This document shows, in pieces, positions 8,865 to 19,312 of a stretch of 64,000 nucleotides of DNA; position 1 is the stretch's first letter; every line of letters starts with the position of its first letter. This DNA comes from an uncultured Acidobacteriota bacterium (GTDB taxonomy: Bacteria; Acidobacteriota; Thermoanaerobaculia; UBA5066). The position numbers and the translations under genes were made by a program. The notes under the pieces were generated by a model. That model was not told the origin of the DNA and did not search any database. It worked only from the letters and a program-made list of their open reading frames with translations. The DNA is taken from the NCBI GenBank assembly GCA_963779415.1, contig CAVZYA010000001.1:384001-448000 (forward strand), given 5' to 3'.

Positions 8865-9739
8865 GCCGCCCCGGGCCGGTCCGCGGCGAGCCGGCGCTGC
8901 CGCCCTGGATCCGCGAAAAGAAGCTGCGCCTCTCGGGCCTCCACGAGATGAAGTCGCGGATGCGGCGGGGAAAGCTCTCGACCGTCTGCGAGGAGGCACG
9001 TTGCCCGAACCGGACGGAGTGCTTCGAGCGGAAGACCGCCACCTTCCTCCTCTGCGGAGACGTCTGCACCCGCTCCTGCGGCTTCTGTCACATCGTGTCG
9101 GGACGGCCCCGCCCCCTCGATCCGGAGGAGCCGCGGGAGGTCGTCCACGCCGTGGGCGAGATGGGGCTCTCCCACGTCGTCCTCACCTCGGTCGACCGCG
9201 ACGACCTTCCGGACGGCGGAGCCGCTCACTGGGCCGCCGTGGTCCGCGCTTTGAAGGAGGACGACGCGCGGCGGACCGTGGAGGTCCTGACCCCCGATTT
9301 CGGCGGCGCGGAGCCATCGATCGACCTCGTCGCGGACGCCGGTCCCGACGTCTACAACCACAACGTCGAGACGGTGCCGCGGCTCTACCCGACCGTTCGG
9401 CCGAAGTCCGGGTTCGAAAGGTCGGTCGGGCTCCTCGCGCGCGTGAAGAAGCGTCACCCCTCCATGACGACGAAGTCGGGGTTCATGCTCGGCCTCGGCG
9501 AGAAGGACGACGAGGTCCTGGAGGTGCTGCGTGCCCTCCGGGGCGCGGGGGTGGAGGTCGTCACGGTGGGGCAGTACCTGCGCCCCTCGGCGTGGAACCT
9601 GCCGGTCGTCGAGTACGCGACCCCCGAACGGTTTGCCTCGCTTCAGGAAGCCGGCGAAGAGCTCGGATTCCGCCACGTCTTCGCGGGGCCGTTTGTCCGA
9701 TCGAGCTATCGGGCCGAAGAATTTCTTGGAAGCGAATAG
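8861..9739 (+). CDS. lipA: Lipoyl synthase
   Basis: GTG overlaps the SPOR stop. CEEARCPNRTEC, CTRSCGFC, NHNVETV, GQYLRP, RSSY. Confidence 0.95.
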   Translation: MSRPGPVRGEPALPPWIREKKLRLSGLHEMKSRMRRGKLSTVCEEARCPNRTECFERKTATFLLCGDVCTRSCGFCHIVSGRPRPLDPEEPREVVHAVGEMGLSHVVLTSVDRDDLPDGGAAHWAAVVRALKEDDARRTVEVLTPDFGGAEPSIDLVADAGPDVYNHNVETVPRLYPTVRPKSGFERSVGLLARVKKRHPSMTTKSGFMLGLGEKDDEVLEVLRALRGAGVEVVTVGQYLRPSAWNLPVVEYATPERFASLQEAGEELGFRHVFAGPFVRSSYRAEEFLGSE

Positions 9740-9835
9740 GGAAATTTCTTAAAGGTGAATAGGGCGAAGGTGAAGCCGAAGCGCAACTCGCCGCGCGAGC
9801 CATCGCATGCTGCCTCTATTACCTTCTAAGAAGAT
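9720..9835. repeat. AT-rich imperfect inverted-repeat element with a 23-bp-period tandem duplication of the left arm
   Basis: AATTTCTTGGAAGCGAATAGGG (9720-9741) and AATTTCTTAAAGGTGAATAGGG (9743-9764). The right arm 9812-9832 reads TTCTTAGAAGGTAATAGAGGC on the minus strand. Confidence 0.6.
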
Positions 9836-11390
9836 CCCCCGGGCTCTTTCGGCCTCTCTCTCGGGCCTTCTTCTGGCTCTCTGTTTCCCGAATGCCTCTC
9901 TTCTCCCGCTTCTTCCCGTCGCCCTGATCCCGCTGATGGCGGCGGTCGATGGCGTTCGCGGGCGCGACGCCGTTCTCTTCGGCTCGATCTTCGGCTTTGT
10001 CTTCTGGGTCACGGCGATTCCCTGGATCGCTTTCACGGTGAGCACATTCGGCGGCGTGGGACCCGTGATCGGCCTCCTGGCCCTCGCCATCACGGCCGGC
10101 ATCCTTGCCGTCCCGTTCGCCCTGATGACGTGGGCGGTTTCTCTCGTGTCGCCACGGTCCGGGACAGGGTTCGTCTTGACATGGGGCGCGGCGTGGGTGG
10201 CTCAGGAGGGATTCCGGACGTACGTCTACATCTTCGGCGGCTTCCCGTGGATCCTTCTCGGAAGCGCGATGGCCGACCATCCCGTTCTCGTCCAGAGCGC
10301 CGCCCTCGGAGGGATCGAGCTGACGTCCTTTCTCGTCGCGGCCCTGAATGCGGCGCTCTATGTCGCCCTGACGCGCCCGGACAGGACGAAGCGGCTCCTC
10401 TGGCTGGCGGGAGCCTGCGCGGCGTCCCTCGCCGTCGTCGTCGCCGGGGGCGCCCGCCTCGGAGAAACCCCCGACGCCTCGACGATCCTCCGCGTCGGGA
10501 TCGTCCAGTCGAACGTCGAGCAGCAGGTCCGCTGGGACGAAGGGACGTCGAATCGTCAGTGGAAGGGGCTGGAGGCCCAGACGCGACGGCTCGTGGCGCA
10601 GGACCGGCCGGACGTCGTCCTCTGGCCCGAGAGCGCGTCCCCCTATTCCTGGCCGTGGGACGCGGGCTACCGGAAAGAGGTGACGGCCCTCTGCCGAGAG
10701 CTTCGGATCGCAATCCTGCTGAACACCGCCTGGTCGGACGAGCCGTGGCGGCCGGACGCGCCCTACTACAACGCCGCTCTCCTCGTGACGGGGGACGGCC
10801 CGGTCCTTCCGCCTTACCGGAAGCAGCGCCTCGTTCCGTTCGGAGAGTACGTCCCGCTCGCGTCGATCCTCCGGTTCATCGGGCCGATCAGCCGGGCCGT
10901 CCCCGGCTCCTTCACCCCCTCCCCGTCGTCGGACCTGATCCGGCTCGGCCGCGTCCGCCTCGGCGGCGCCATTTGCTACGAGGTGGTCTATCCGTGGATC
11001 GCCCGCGCGCACGTCCGGGCCGGGGCCGACGTTCTTTTCACCCTTACGAACGACGCCTGGTACGGCCGGATGGGGGCGCAGCGGCAGCACTGGCAGGCCG
11101 CCGTGATGCGGGCCGTCGAGACCGGGCGCCCGCTCGTCCGCGCCGCGATCACCGGGATCAGCGGCGCCGTTGCGCCGGACGGGACCGTTCTCGACTCTCT
11201 CGGCCCGGGCCTGAGAGGGTCGCTCGTCCTGCCGCTCCCGCGGCCGAAGGCCGGGGTCCCGGCCGTCGCGCTCGGGGAGAGCGTCCTTCTGGTTTGCGCC
11301 GGCGGCCTTGGGGCCGCTATCCTCCGCCGCCGGGTCTCCCCGCCCCGGGAGCCCCGCGCGGCGCGGGCGCAAGACTCGCGCGCCGCTTGA
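9807..11390 (+). CDS. lnt: Apolipoprotein N-acyltransferase
   Basis: TM N-terminus, GGFPW, WPES, YRKQRLVPFGEYVP, ICYE (E-K-C triad), TNDAWY, RAVE. Confidence 0.95.
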   Translation: MLPLLPSKKIPRALSASLSGLLLALCFPNASLLPLLPVALIPLMAAVDGVRGRDAVLFGSIFGFVFWVTAIPWIAFTVSTFGGVGPVIGLLALAITAGILAVPFALMTWAVSLVSPRSGTGFVLTWGAAWVAQEGFRTYVYIFGGFPWILLGSAMADHPVLVQSAALGGIELTSFLVAALNAALYVALTRPDRTKRLLWLAGACAASLAVVVAGGARLGETPDASTILRVGIVQSNVEQQVRWDEGTSNRQWKGLEAQTRRLVAQDRPDVVLWPESASPYSWPWDAGYRKEVTALCRELRIAILLNTAWSDEPWRPDAPYYNAALLVTGDGPVLPPYRKQRLVPFGEYVPLASILRFIGPISRAVPGSFTPSPSSDLIRLGRVRLGGAICYEVVYPWIARAHVRAGADVLFTLTNDAWYGRMGAQRQHWQAAVMRAVETGRPLVRAAITGISGAVAPDGTVLDSLGPGLRGSLVLPLPRPKAGVPAVALGESVLLVCAGGLGAAILRRRVSPPREPRAARAQDSRAA

Positions 11391-11401
11391 GGAGTGTGGC
11401 C

Positions 11402-12554
11402 ATGAACGAAGAGAGGATCGAACGGCTCACGGAGCTGGCGTCCTCGGTCCGCGCCCTCCGGGGCTATCTTTGACCTCGCCCGTGCGGAGAGGGAGAAGGC
11501 CGAGCTGGAGGAGAAGTCGGGTGTCGAGGGCTTCTGGAACGACAACATCACGGCGCAGGAGACGCTCCGGAAGCTGAAGCGGGCCGAGAACGTCCTGGCC
11601 GACGACCGGCTGCTGAAGGAAAAACAGGAGGAGCTGGAGATCCTTCTCGAGTTCCTGAGGGCAGGCGAGCCCGTCGAGAAGGACGTCGACACTGCCCTCG
11701 CCTCGATCGGGGCGTTCGCAAGGGAGAAGGAGCTGACCTTCAAGCTGACCAACCCGGAGGACCCTCTTCCCGCCATCCTCGAAATCCACGCCGGCGCGGG
11801 CGGGACGGAAGCGCAGGACTGGGCCGAGATGCTCCTCCGGATGTACGAGCGGTACGGCGAGCGGAAGGGATGGAAGACGAGCATTCTCGAAGCCTCGTAC
11901 GCCGACGACGCCGGTATCAAGACGGCGACGCTACGCTTCGAAGGGGAGTACGCCTACGGCCACATGAAGTCCGAGCACGGCGTCCACCGGCTCGTCCGGA
12001 TCTCGCCGTTCGACGCGGCCGCCCGCCGCCACACCTCCTTCGCATCGGTCCACGTCTCGCCCGAGATCGACGACTCGATCGAGGTGGAGATCAACGACAA
12101 GGATCTGAAGATCGACACCTTCCGCGCCGGAGGGAAGGGAGGCCAGCACGTCAACAAGACGGAGTCGGCCATCCGGATCACGCACCTTCCGTCCGGGATC
12201 GTCGTCTCGTGTCAGAACGAGCGCTCCCAGCACAAGAACCGGGAGTTCGCCATGAAGGTCCTCCGGTCGCGCCTCTACGTGAAGGCCGTGGAGGAGCGGC
12301 GGGCCAAGGACGCGGCGCGGGCCGGCGTGAAGATGGAGATCGGCTTCGGCTCCCAGATCCGCTCGTACGTTCTCGCCCCCTACCGTCTCGTGAAGGACCA
12401 CCGGACCGGCTTCGAGATGGGGGACGTCGACCGTGTCCTCGACGGGGACCTCGACGGGTACGTCGAGGCGTACCTCCAGAGCTTCGTCCGGCACGGAGAC
12501 AGGATCCGGACGCGCCAGTCGGCGGCCGGCCTTCCGGAGGAGACCGACGCGTGA
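11402..12554 (+). CDS. prfB: Peptide chain release factor 2 with programmed +1 frameshift at CTT-TGA-C (11468-11474)
   Basis: ATG 11402 with RBS GAGGAG, ...RGYL-stop; the +1 frame continues DLARAE...GAGGTEAQDW...SPF...GGQHVN. Confidence 0.95.
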
Positions 12555-13180
12555 GCCACGAGGCTCCTTCTCCTTCTTCCGGGAGCTGGATGGAGGAGAT
12601 CCGGTCGAAGCTGAACCGGAGCTGGCCCGTCCGCGAGATCCTGAACGAGAAGGTCGGCGACGGCCCGATCAAGCCGGCGGCGGTTCTCCTCCCTCTCTAC
12701 GTCCGTGAGCACGCGCTCTGGACTCTCTTCACGAAGCGGACGGATACGGTCGAGCACCACAAGGGACAGATCTCCTTCCCGGGCGGAGGGAGGCACCCCG
12801 AGGACGAGAATCTCTGGGTGACGGCGATCCGGGAGACCGAGGAGGAGATCGGCGTCCCGCGCGAGAGCGTCCGGCTCCTCGGCGCCCTGCCGCGGATGCT
12901 GACGGTGACGGACTTCGAGGTGTCGCCATTCGTCGGGGCGATTCCCTACCCGGTCGAGTTCCGGCCGGAACCGGGGGAGGTGGAGTCGATACTCGAGATT
13001 CCCCTCTCGTACCTTCTCGACCCGCAGGTCGTCGAGGAGAAGGTCCTCCGCTGGAAGGGGCGCGACGTGCCGACGCTCGTCTACCACTACCACGGCCACG
13101 CCATCTGGGGCGCGACCGCCCGGATCCTCGCCGACTTCCTCGAAGCGCTGCGGGAGGGACCTGCCCCGGTTCCCGGCTGA
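12551..13180 (+). CDS. Nudix hydrolase, CoA pyrophosphatase (NudL/PCD1) type
   Basis: AAVLLPL, LFTKR, HKGQISFPGG, Nudix box GG...AIRETEEEIG, IWGATA. Confidence 0.9.
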   Translation: MSHEAPSPSSGSWMEEIRSKLNRSWPVREILNEKVGDGPIKPAAVLLPLYVREHALWTLFTKRTDTVEHHKGQISFPGGGRHPEDENLWVTAIRETEEEIGVPRESVRLLGALPRMLTVTDFEVSPFVGAIPYPVEFRPEPGEVESILEIPLSYLLDPQVVEEKVLRWKGRDVPTLVYHYHGHAIWGATARILADFLEALREGPAPVPG

Positions 13181-13218
13181 GGCTGACATCCTCGAATAGA
13201 TTCGCGTTCGAACCGCGG

Positions 13219-15779
13219 CTACTGGGGTACGCCCGCGACATATGAGCCGTCGTCCGTGCCCGCGCCGGGTGTTGCTCCGTCGTTGAGGATCGCGTAGGCC
13301 GCGAAGGGCCAGGCGACGGGCTCCGAGAAGACCGGCGTCACTGCGAGCCCACCCGCGCGTCACCCCGGGCGCGACCTCCCGGAGAATCGCGTTGAGCTGC
13401 ACGAGCTCGTTTGGTTGCAGCTGCATCGACGTCGTCCCGGCGAGAACTCCCGTCGTTCCGTCGAAGATGTCGATTCGGTAATCCGTCGCCGGTGTAGCCC
13501 AGATTCACGAAGCCGAGATTCGTTCGCGTGTTCATCGTCCTGCCTGAGGTCCGGGAGGACGCATGGAGTACCCACCATGGAGTTCCTGTGACACCGCCGG
13601 CTCGTAAACGCCATACGACCGGCCGGACACGGGAGCGCTCGAGACGCGGATCCCGGCATAGAGCTGCGTCTGGCCGCTCATGCCCTGAAGGTAGAGCGGG
13701 CTCACTACGGGCGTGCCTGCGGCGGGCACGCCGTCGAGCCCACGGCGCCGCATCTCGGCGAAGAGGTCGGGCAGGTAGAACGTGGCGCCGGGAGCGACGG
13801 TCTCGGTGAGAACGGTTCCCGTCACGACGAGCGTGACCCGAAGCGGAAGGGGCTCCGTCCCGGTGTTCGTTGCCATGAACTCCGTCCCGTACCGGCTCGT
13901 CTGGGCGGCGTTAGGAACGATCCACTCGCCGGCGAATTCCGCCGATTCGGTGACGGCCGGAACGAAGGAGCCGTCGCCTGAGCCGGCGTCGTTCACGGCG
14001 CCCCATGCGAGATAGGGCGCGTTGCCTCCGACCCGCTCGATGCGCGCCCACCCGAGCGGAGCGGCTAGTCCCGCCGACGCGAGGAGACGGCTGAACTGGA
14101 AAAACGCCCCCGGCATCAGGACGACGTCGGGCATCGCGACAGGAGTCTCTGTACCGGGCGTGCCGGGAGAGACGGTGACGCGAAGAGTGATCGGGCCGTC
14201 CGCCTCACTCCCGGCGTTGACGAGTGCGAGGTTCGTCCGGTCCTTCGCGCTCTCGATGAGCCACGGCACGACGGAAGGGCCGCGAAGGAGCGCGAGGTTG
14301 GACACGCCTCCGTACGAGACCCCGGCATGCGCCGGCGTCGTCGTCCGGACGGTGGCGACCACGGCGCGGGGCGAGGAAGCACCGGACGTCTCGATCCGGA
14401 GCGTGCCGACGACGTTTCCCTCGCTGGAGATCGCGAGACCGGCCTCGCGGAGGAACTCCGCGGCCGAAGGGAGCGAAAAGCTGCCGCCCGGCCGGAATGT
14501 CCCGCTCGACGGTGCCGCTGCCGTCCCCTTTCGATGCGACGTAGCGCATCGTCACGTGCGCTTGAGACGTCCCCGAGTTCGTCAGGAGAAGGTCCGATTC
14601 GAATCGCGTGCCGTAGAGGCCCGTCGTCGAGACGATGACCGGAACCGCGAGAACGTCCACCCGGGCACCCGAGAGCCCGAGGACCTCGACGCCTCCCGCC
14701 GTCCCGAGAAGAAGCTCGTCGCGGCCGTCGCCATTCCAGTCCGCGCTGCGTCATGCGGGAGCGACGGAGAGTGGTGGGGAGGCGGGAAGGGACAGATGGC
14801 TGGTAGTGAACCCCCGGGCCCGTACGTCATAGAGCGACAGGTACGTGCCCGTCGAATCCTGCTCGGAGAAGACGATCTCGGATTTGCCGTCTCCGTCGAG
14901 ATCGGCCACGGCCAGAATCACCCGCAGGATAGAGGCTCCACGTCTCGGATGGTCGCTATCGAATGGAAGAGGCCGCCGCCGTCGTTCCGGTACACGTTGA
15001 CGTAGGAACGGCGGAAACCCGACCCACGTCGAGATAGAGGATATCAGGCCGTCCGTCGCCGTCGATGTCGGCGAGGAGTGCGGGGCCCGGATAGAGGGCC
15101 TGGCAGGATCGAGCCCGAGGCGGACGAACGTCCCGTCCCCCTTTCCGAGCCAGACGGAGACGGAACCTTGATCAGCCGTGACGACGAGATCGGCGTGGCC
15201 GTCGCCGTCGAGGTCGCCGGCCGAGAGGAGCGTTGAACGCCGACAGCACGTCGGTGATCTCGGTCCTTGTGGGGGCCCTCGAACTGGAAACCGCCTCTGG
15301 AGAGAGAACACCGAGACGACAGGCTGAAGAGCCGGATAAGCCTGAACCGCAGCGAGGTCGGTCCGGCCGTCGCCGTCAAAGTCTGCCGCGACGAGATCAA
15401 ACAGCTGGTCGCTCGTCGGGATCGTCACGGCAGGGAAGAACCGTCCGGTGCCATCTCCTCGCAGGAGGACGATCTCGTTCGTCCCGGTCAGGGCAAGGTC
15501 GGTGAATCCGTCGCCGTCGAAGTCCCCGAGGACCGGCGAAGCAGCGAGGGGCGTCACGATCGGCTCGGAGACCTTCCCGGCAGGCCAGGCGCTGATCGAC
15601 CGGTATCCGAAGCTGAGAACGAAGAGCGGACCGCCCGCCGCAAGACGCGTGACTGCTACCGGGCCGGGTGTCCCGCCCTCCGCGGCAGGCAACTCGGCGA
15701 CGATCGAGAGGCCTTCGCCGCCGGCCGGTGCGCCAAGGAGGGCGGAGAGTGCGGCGAGGACCGTCCCGAGCCGTCTCAT
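13219..15779 (-). pseudogene. Large secreted FG-GAP/VCBS-repeat protein with a four-domain C-terminal module, broken by many frameshifts (pseudogene or assembly errors)
   Basis: Signal peptide MRRLGTVLAALSALLG. Repeats GDFDGDGFTDL, ADFDGDGRTDL, GDLDGDGHADL, DIDGDG and ADLDGDGKSEI. C-terminal pieces in ORFs 14205-14660, 13532-14362 and 13338-13535, ending ...NDGATPGAGTDDGSYVAGVPQ-TAG at 13219. Confidence 0.7.
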
Positions 15780-15836
15780 GCCGAACCGGAGGAATGCAAA
15801 TCTGGGGCCGGGCCCGGGCGACATCTTTTCCGGCCG

Positions 15837-17539
15837 TCAGTGCGGCGGCGGGATCGACGCGTCCTGAAGGAACTTCGCGGCGGCGAGGGCCCGGTCCCGG
15901 CTCGTCCCGTAGGCGGATATCGAGGGGGCCTTCTCCGCGGCGCGCGCGAAATCACGCGAGGCCTCGGTGAACGCCCCTTGCTCCGCCGCGAAGAGCCCGG
16001 CCTCGTTCCAGATCTCGGCCGTCCCCAGCTCCACGGCGCTCTCGATCGTCTCGCCGGCTTCCTTCGTCCGGCCCGAAAGGCGCTCGGCGCGGAGGAGCGC
16101 CCAAAGGGCATCCGCGTTCTTCGGATCGAGCAGGACGGCCCGCCGGAGCGGGTTCGATGGCCTCCGAGGGAAGCTGGCGCTGGAGCTGGAGCGTGCCGAG
16201 CCCGACGAGGGCCGGCACGTAGTCGGGATCGCAACGGAGCGCCTCACGGTACTCGCGCTCGGCCTCCCGGAACTGGTTCTTCATCCGGAGGACGACCGCG
16301 AGGTTCGCGTGGACGACCTCCCGCTCCGGCGCCGCCGTGACGGCCCCCATGAGCGGCTCGATCGCGGCTTCGGGTTTCCTCTCGGCAAGGAGGATCGCGG
16401 CGTACTCGGTCAGAATCGGAGCGTCGCCCGGGAGCGCCTCCGAGGCTGCCGCGAAGACCTGCGCGGCACGCTCGAGATTTCCTTCCGCCCGGAGCTTCCG
16501 ACCGAGGGAGACGATCCGGTCCCGGTTGGCGGGATTGACCTCGGTGGCGCGTTTCAGCGCATCGAGGGCGCCGGCCCAGTTCTTCTCCCCGGAGTAGAAG
16601 TCGTAGAGGACGAGGAGAGTCCTCTCGTTCCTCTCGTTGTACTTGAGCGACTGCTTGAAGAGCGCCTCGGCCATCGTCTTCTCGCCCCGCTGGAGCTGGA
16701 CCTCGCCGAGAAGCCGGTAGGCGTCGCTGGAGCTGGGCTCGATCTCGATCTGGCGGTTTGCCGCCGCGAGGGCGTTCTGGAGATCGCCCCGCTCCAGCGC
16801 CTGCTTTCCGAGCGCGAGATAGTCGACCGATGACGGCGCCGGGCGAGGGGGCGCGGCGGCCGGGGGCGGGGGCAGGAGCCGGCGCGACCGTCGCGGAGGG
16901 AGCGGCCGTCGGCGCCGGAGCCGAATCGGGGGGAGCCGGTTTCGGCGGAGCGGCTCCGGCGGTTCCGAGGCCGGCGGCGGAACGAACACGCGCCGCCTCG
17001 GCGACACGACCCTTCATCTCGAGGGCCGCCGCGAGCGTCTCGGCACCTTCCTTCCCGAGTCTGTCCGGAGGGACGTTGTACGTGAGGTCGTGGATCACCT
17101 CGTCGGCGAGGCCGTCCTTCAGCCTCGCCTTCGCCATCCGGAGAGTCTCGGCCACGTCCACGGCGGCCGCGGCCGCCGCGCTCTTCACGGAGGCACGGAC
17201 CTCCTCGACGAGCTTCATGAAGTCCGCGGAATAGAAATCGGGGACGACCTCCTGATCGGGGTTCAGGGTGAAGACGGAGCGGAGCGCTTCGCGCGCTTCC
17301 TTCGGGTTCCGGGCGTTGAACTGCGACCAGGCCTCTCCGAGATGCATCTTCGCGCGGCGCGAGGGGTCCGACGCGGCTTCGGCCGCGAGCTGGTACTTGA
17401 TGGCCGCCTGGCGGAAGTGTCCCTGGTTGAACTCCTTCCGGGCTTCCCGTTCGTACGACTCGGAGGCTTCCTGCGCGCGGGCCGGCGGCGAGAGAAGCGC
17501 GAAGAGAAGCGCCGCCACGAGGAAGCTCGACCGACCCAC
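15837..17539 (-). CDS. Secreted tetratricopeptide-repeat protein; two single-base frameshifts (about 16861-16872 and 16150-16152)
   Basis: Signal peptide and TPR in ORF 16244-17539, TPRs in 15952-17007 (AYRLLGEV, VHANLAVVL) and 15837-16247. The pieces join at G/C homopolymers. Confidence 0.75.
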
Positions 17540-17545
17540 GGGTCG

Positions 17546-17551
17546 ATTCTA
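17546..17551 (-). promoter_or_regulatory. -10 box TAGAAT, probable leaderless promoter of the TPR gene
   Basis: 6 nt upstream of GTG 17539. Confidence 0.6.
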
Positions 17552-17568
17552 GTCGGCCCTCGAGAACG

Positions 17569-19272
17569 TCAAAGCGTCTTCCTGAGGGTGGCGAAGACCC
17601 GGGTCGACTCCAGCTCGCGAACTTCCTGGCTGCCGGAGGACGATTCATACCCTCCGAGGCGTATCTCCACAATGTGGGCGCCGACCGCGAGCGGCTTTCT
17701 GAGCGGAGTCCTCCCCGAGACGGCGCCATCGATCAGGACTTCGGCGCCGGATGGCTGGGAGCCGACGTCGAGGATCCCCCACGGGGGGAAGTTGACGCGG
17801 ACGGAAGAGGGGCCTCCGGGTCGGACCTCGAAGCTCTCACTCTTCTTCATGTAACCCGGAACCTCGAAGACGGCCGTGTAGCGACCCGTCTTCAGGGCGA
17901 CCCGGACCGGGGACGGGAGGCCGCGATGGACCTTGCCGTCCACCGAGAGGAGGGCGTTCGCGTTCGATTCGAAAGTGATCGTGAGCGAGACGGGCGCCGC
18001 ATCCGACACGGTTTCGGGCGCGGCCACCGCCGGCACCGGGGGCGGGACGGCCGTGGGGACCGGGGCGGCGGTGGGCGGGGGAGATGGAGCCGCCGCCGAG
18101 ACCGGTGTCGGTGGGGGCGGAGTGGGCACGGGCGTCGGCTCGCTTCCGCCGCGGCTCCGGTACGCGAACCAGCCGCCCCCGGCCACGACGAGAAGGAGAG
18201 CGGCGAAAGCGAAGAGCCGGAGTGCGCCGCGCCGCTCGTGCACCGGCGTTGCGATCGGCTCGGAAGCAGGCTCCGCGCGGAGGCGGACGTCGGCAACCGT
18301 CGTCGGTCGGGAGATGGCGGGGGAGGAGGGCTCCGGAACGGACGCCGGCGGGCGCGAGAGCCCTTCCACGGGGGTCGGTTTCGTCGGCTCGGCATCCGCG
18401 TCGTCGGGCCCGGTGGCGAGAACCGGACGGCGACCGGCGGGGAGCGTCGGGACGTCGTCGGCAATCTGCTTCAGGGCCGACGCGAGGTCGGACTTCATCT
18501 CCGAGCAGGTCGCGTACCGGTTCGCGCGGTCCTTTTCGAGGGCGCGCAGGACCGCGCGGTCGAGGGCGGGCGGGATCTGCGGATCCAGCTCGCACGGACG
18601 CGGAGGCGTCTCGTTCATGATCTTGTAGAGGACGGTCGAGATGTGGTCGCCGCCGAAGGGCTTCTGGCCGGCGAAGATCTCGTAGGCGACGACACCGAGG
18701 GAGAAGAGGTCGGTCCTCGCGTCGAGCGTCTCGCCCCGGATCTGCTCCGGAGCGAGATAGGAGGCGGTGCCGAGCGTGATCCCCGTCTGCGTCAGCGTGG
18801 AGGGGGAGATCATCGACTTCGCGATGCCGAAGTCCATGATCTTCACGGTTCCGTCGTCCAGAATCCGGATGTTCGAGGGCTTGATGTCGCGATGGATGAT
18901 CCCGGCGGCGTGCGCGTAGCCGAGCCCCTCGCAGACGTCCAGGAGGATCCGGACCTTCCGGTTGAGGGAGAGAAGGACCTTTCTCTTGAGGAGGCGGTCG
19001 AGGTCCTCGCCCGTGAGGAACTCCTGCACGATGTACGGGGTCCCGTCCTCCGTCACGCCGAAGTCGTAGATCGTCGTGATGTTCGGGTGGTGCAGGTTTC
19101 CCGCGAACTCGGCCTCGCGGAAGAAGCGCTTCTTGATCTCTTCTTCGTCGCTCTGGCAGGTCTTGATGGCGACGAGACGCTTGATGAAGGGGTCGCGGCC
19201 CTTGTAGACGGTCCCGAAACCGCCGACGCCGACTCTTTCGACGATCTCGTACTTGCCGACCTTCGTCAGCAT
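17569..19272 (-). CDS. Hanks-type Ser/Thr protein kinase with TM segment and C-terminal PEGA domain(s)
   Basis: GVGGFGTVY, VAIK, HRDIKPSN, DFG, YLAPE, DLFSLG; TM; SQPSGAEVLIDG...GRTP. Confidence 0.95.
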   Translation of the reverse strand: MLTKVGKYEIVERVGVGGFGTVYKGRDPFIKRLVAIKTCQSDEEEIKKRFFREAEFAGNLHHPNITTIYDFGVTEDGTPYIVQEFLTGEDLDRLLKRKVLLSLNRKVRILLDVCEGLGYAHAAGIIHRDIKPSNIRILDDGTVKIMDFGIAKSMISPSTLTQTGITLGTASYLAPEQIRGETLDARTDLFSLGVVAYEIFAGQKPFGGDHISTVLYKIMNETPPRPCELDPQIPPALDRAVLRALEKDRANRYATCSEMKSDLASALKQIADDVPTLPAGRRPVLATGPDDADAEPTKPTPVEGLSRPPASVPEPSSPAISRPTTVADVRLRAEPASEPIATPVHERRGALRLFAFAALLLVVAGGGWFAYRSRGGSEPTPVPTPPPPTPVSAAAPSPPPTAAPVPTAVPPPVPAVAAPETVSDAAPVSLTITFESNANALLSVDGKVHRGLPSPVRVALKTGRYTAVFEVPGYMKKSESFEVRPGGPSSVRVNFPPWGILDVGSQPSGAEVLIDGAVSGRTPLRKPLAVGAHIVEIRLGGYESSSGSQEVRELESTRVFATLRKTL

Positions 19273-19312
19273 GACGGCCCGGGACGTTACCACCCTTCGC
19301 TATCATCCGAGC

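Noticed and set aside
9720-9775. Mini CRISPR array
   Set aside because: Only two degenerate 22-bp units with no spacer and no cas genes; treated instead as part of the paired-motif finding.
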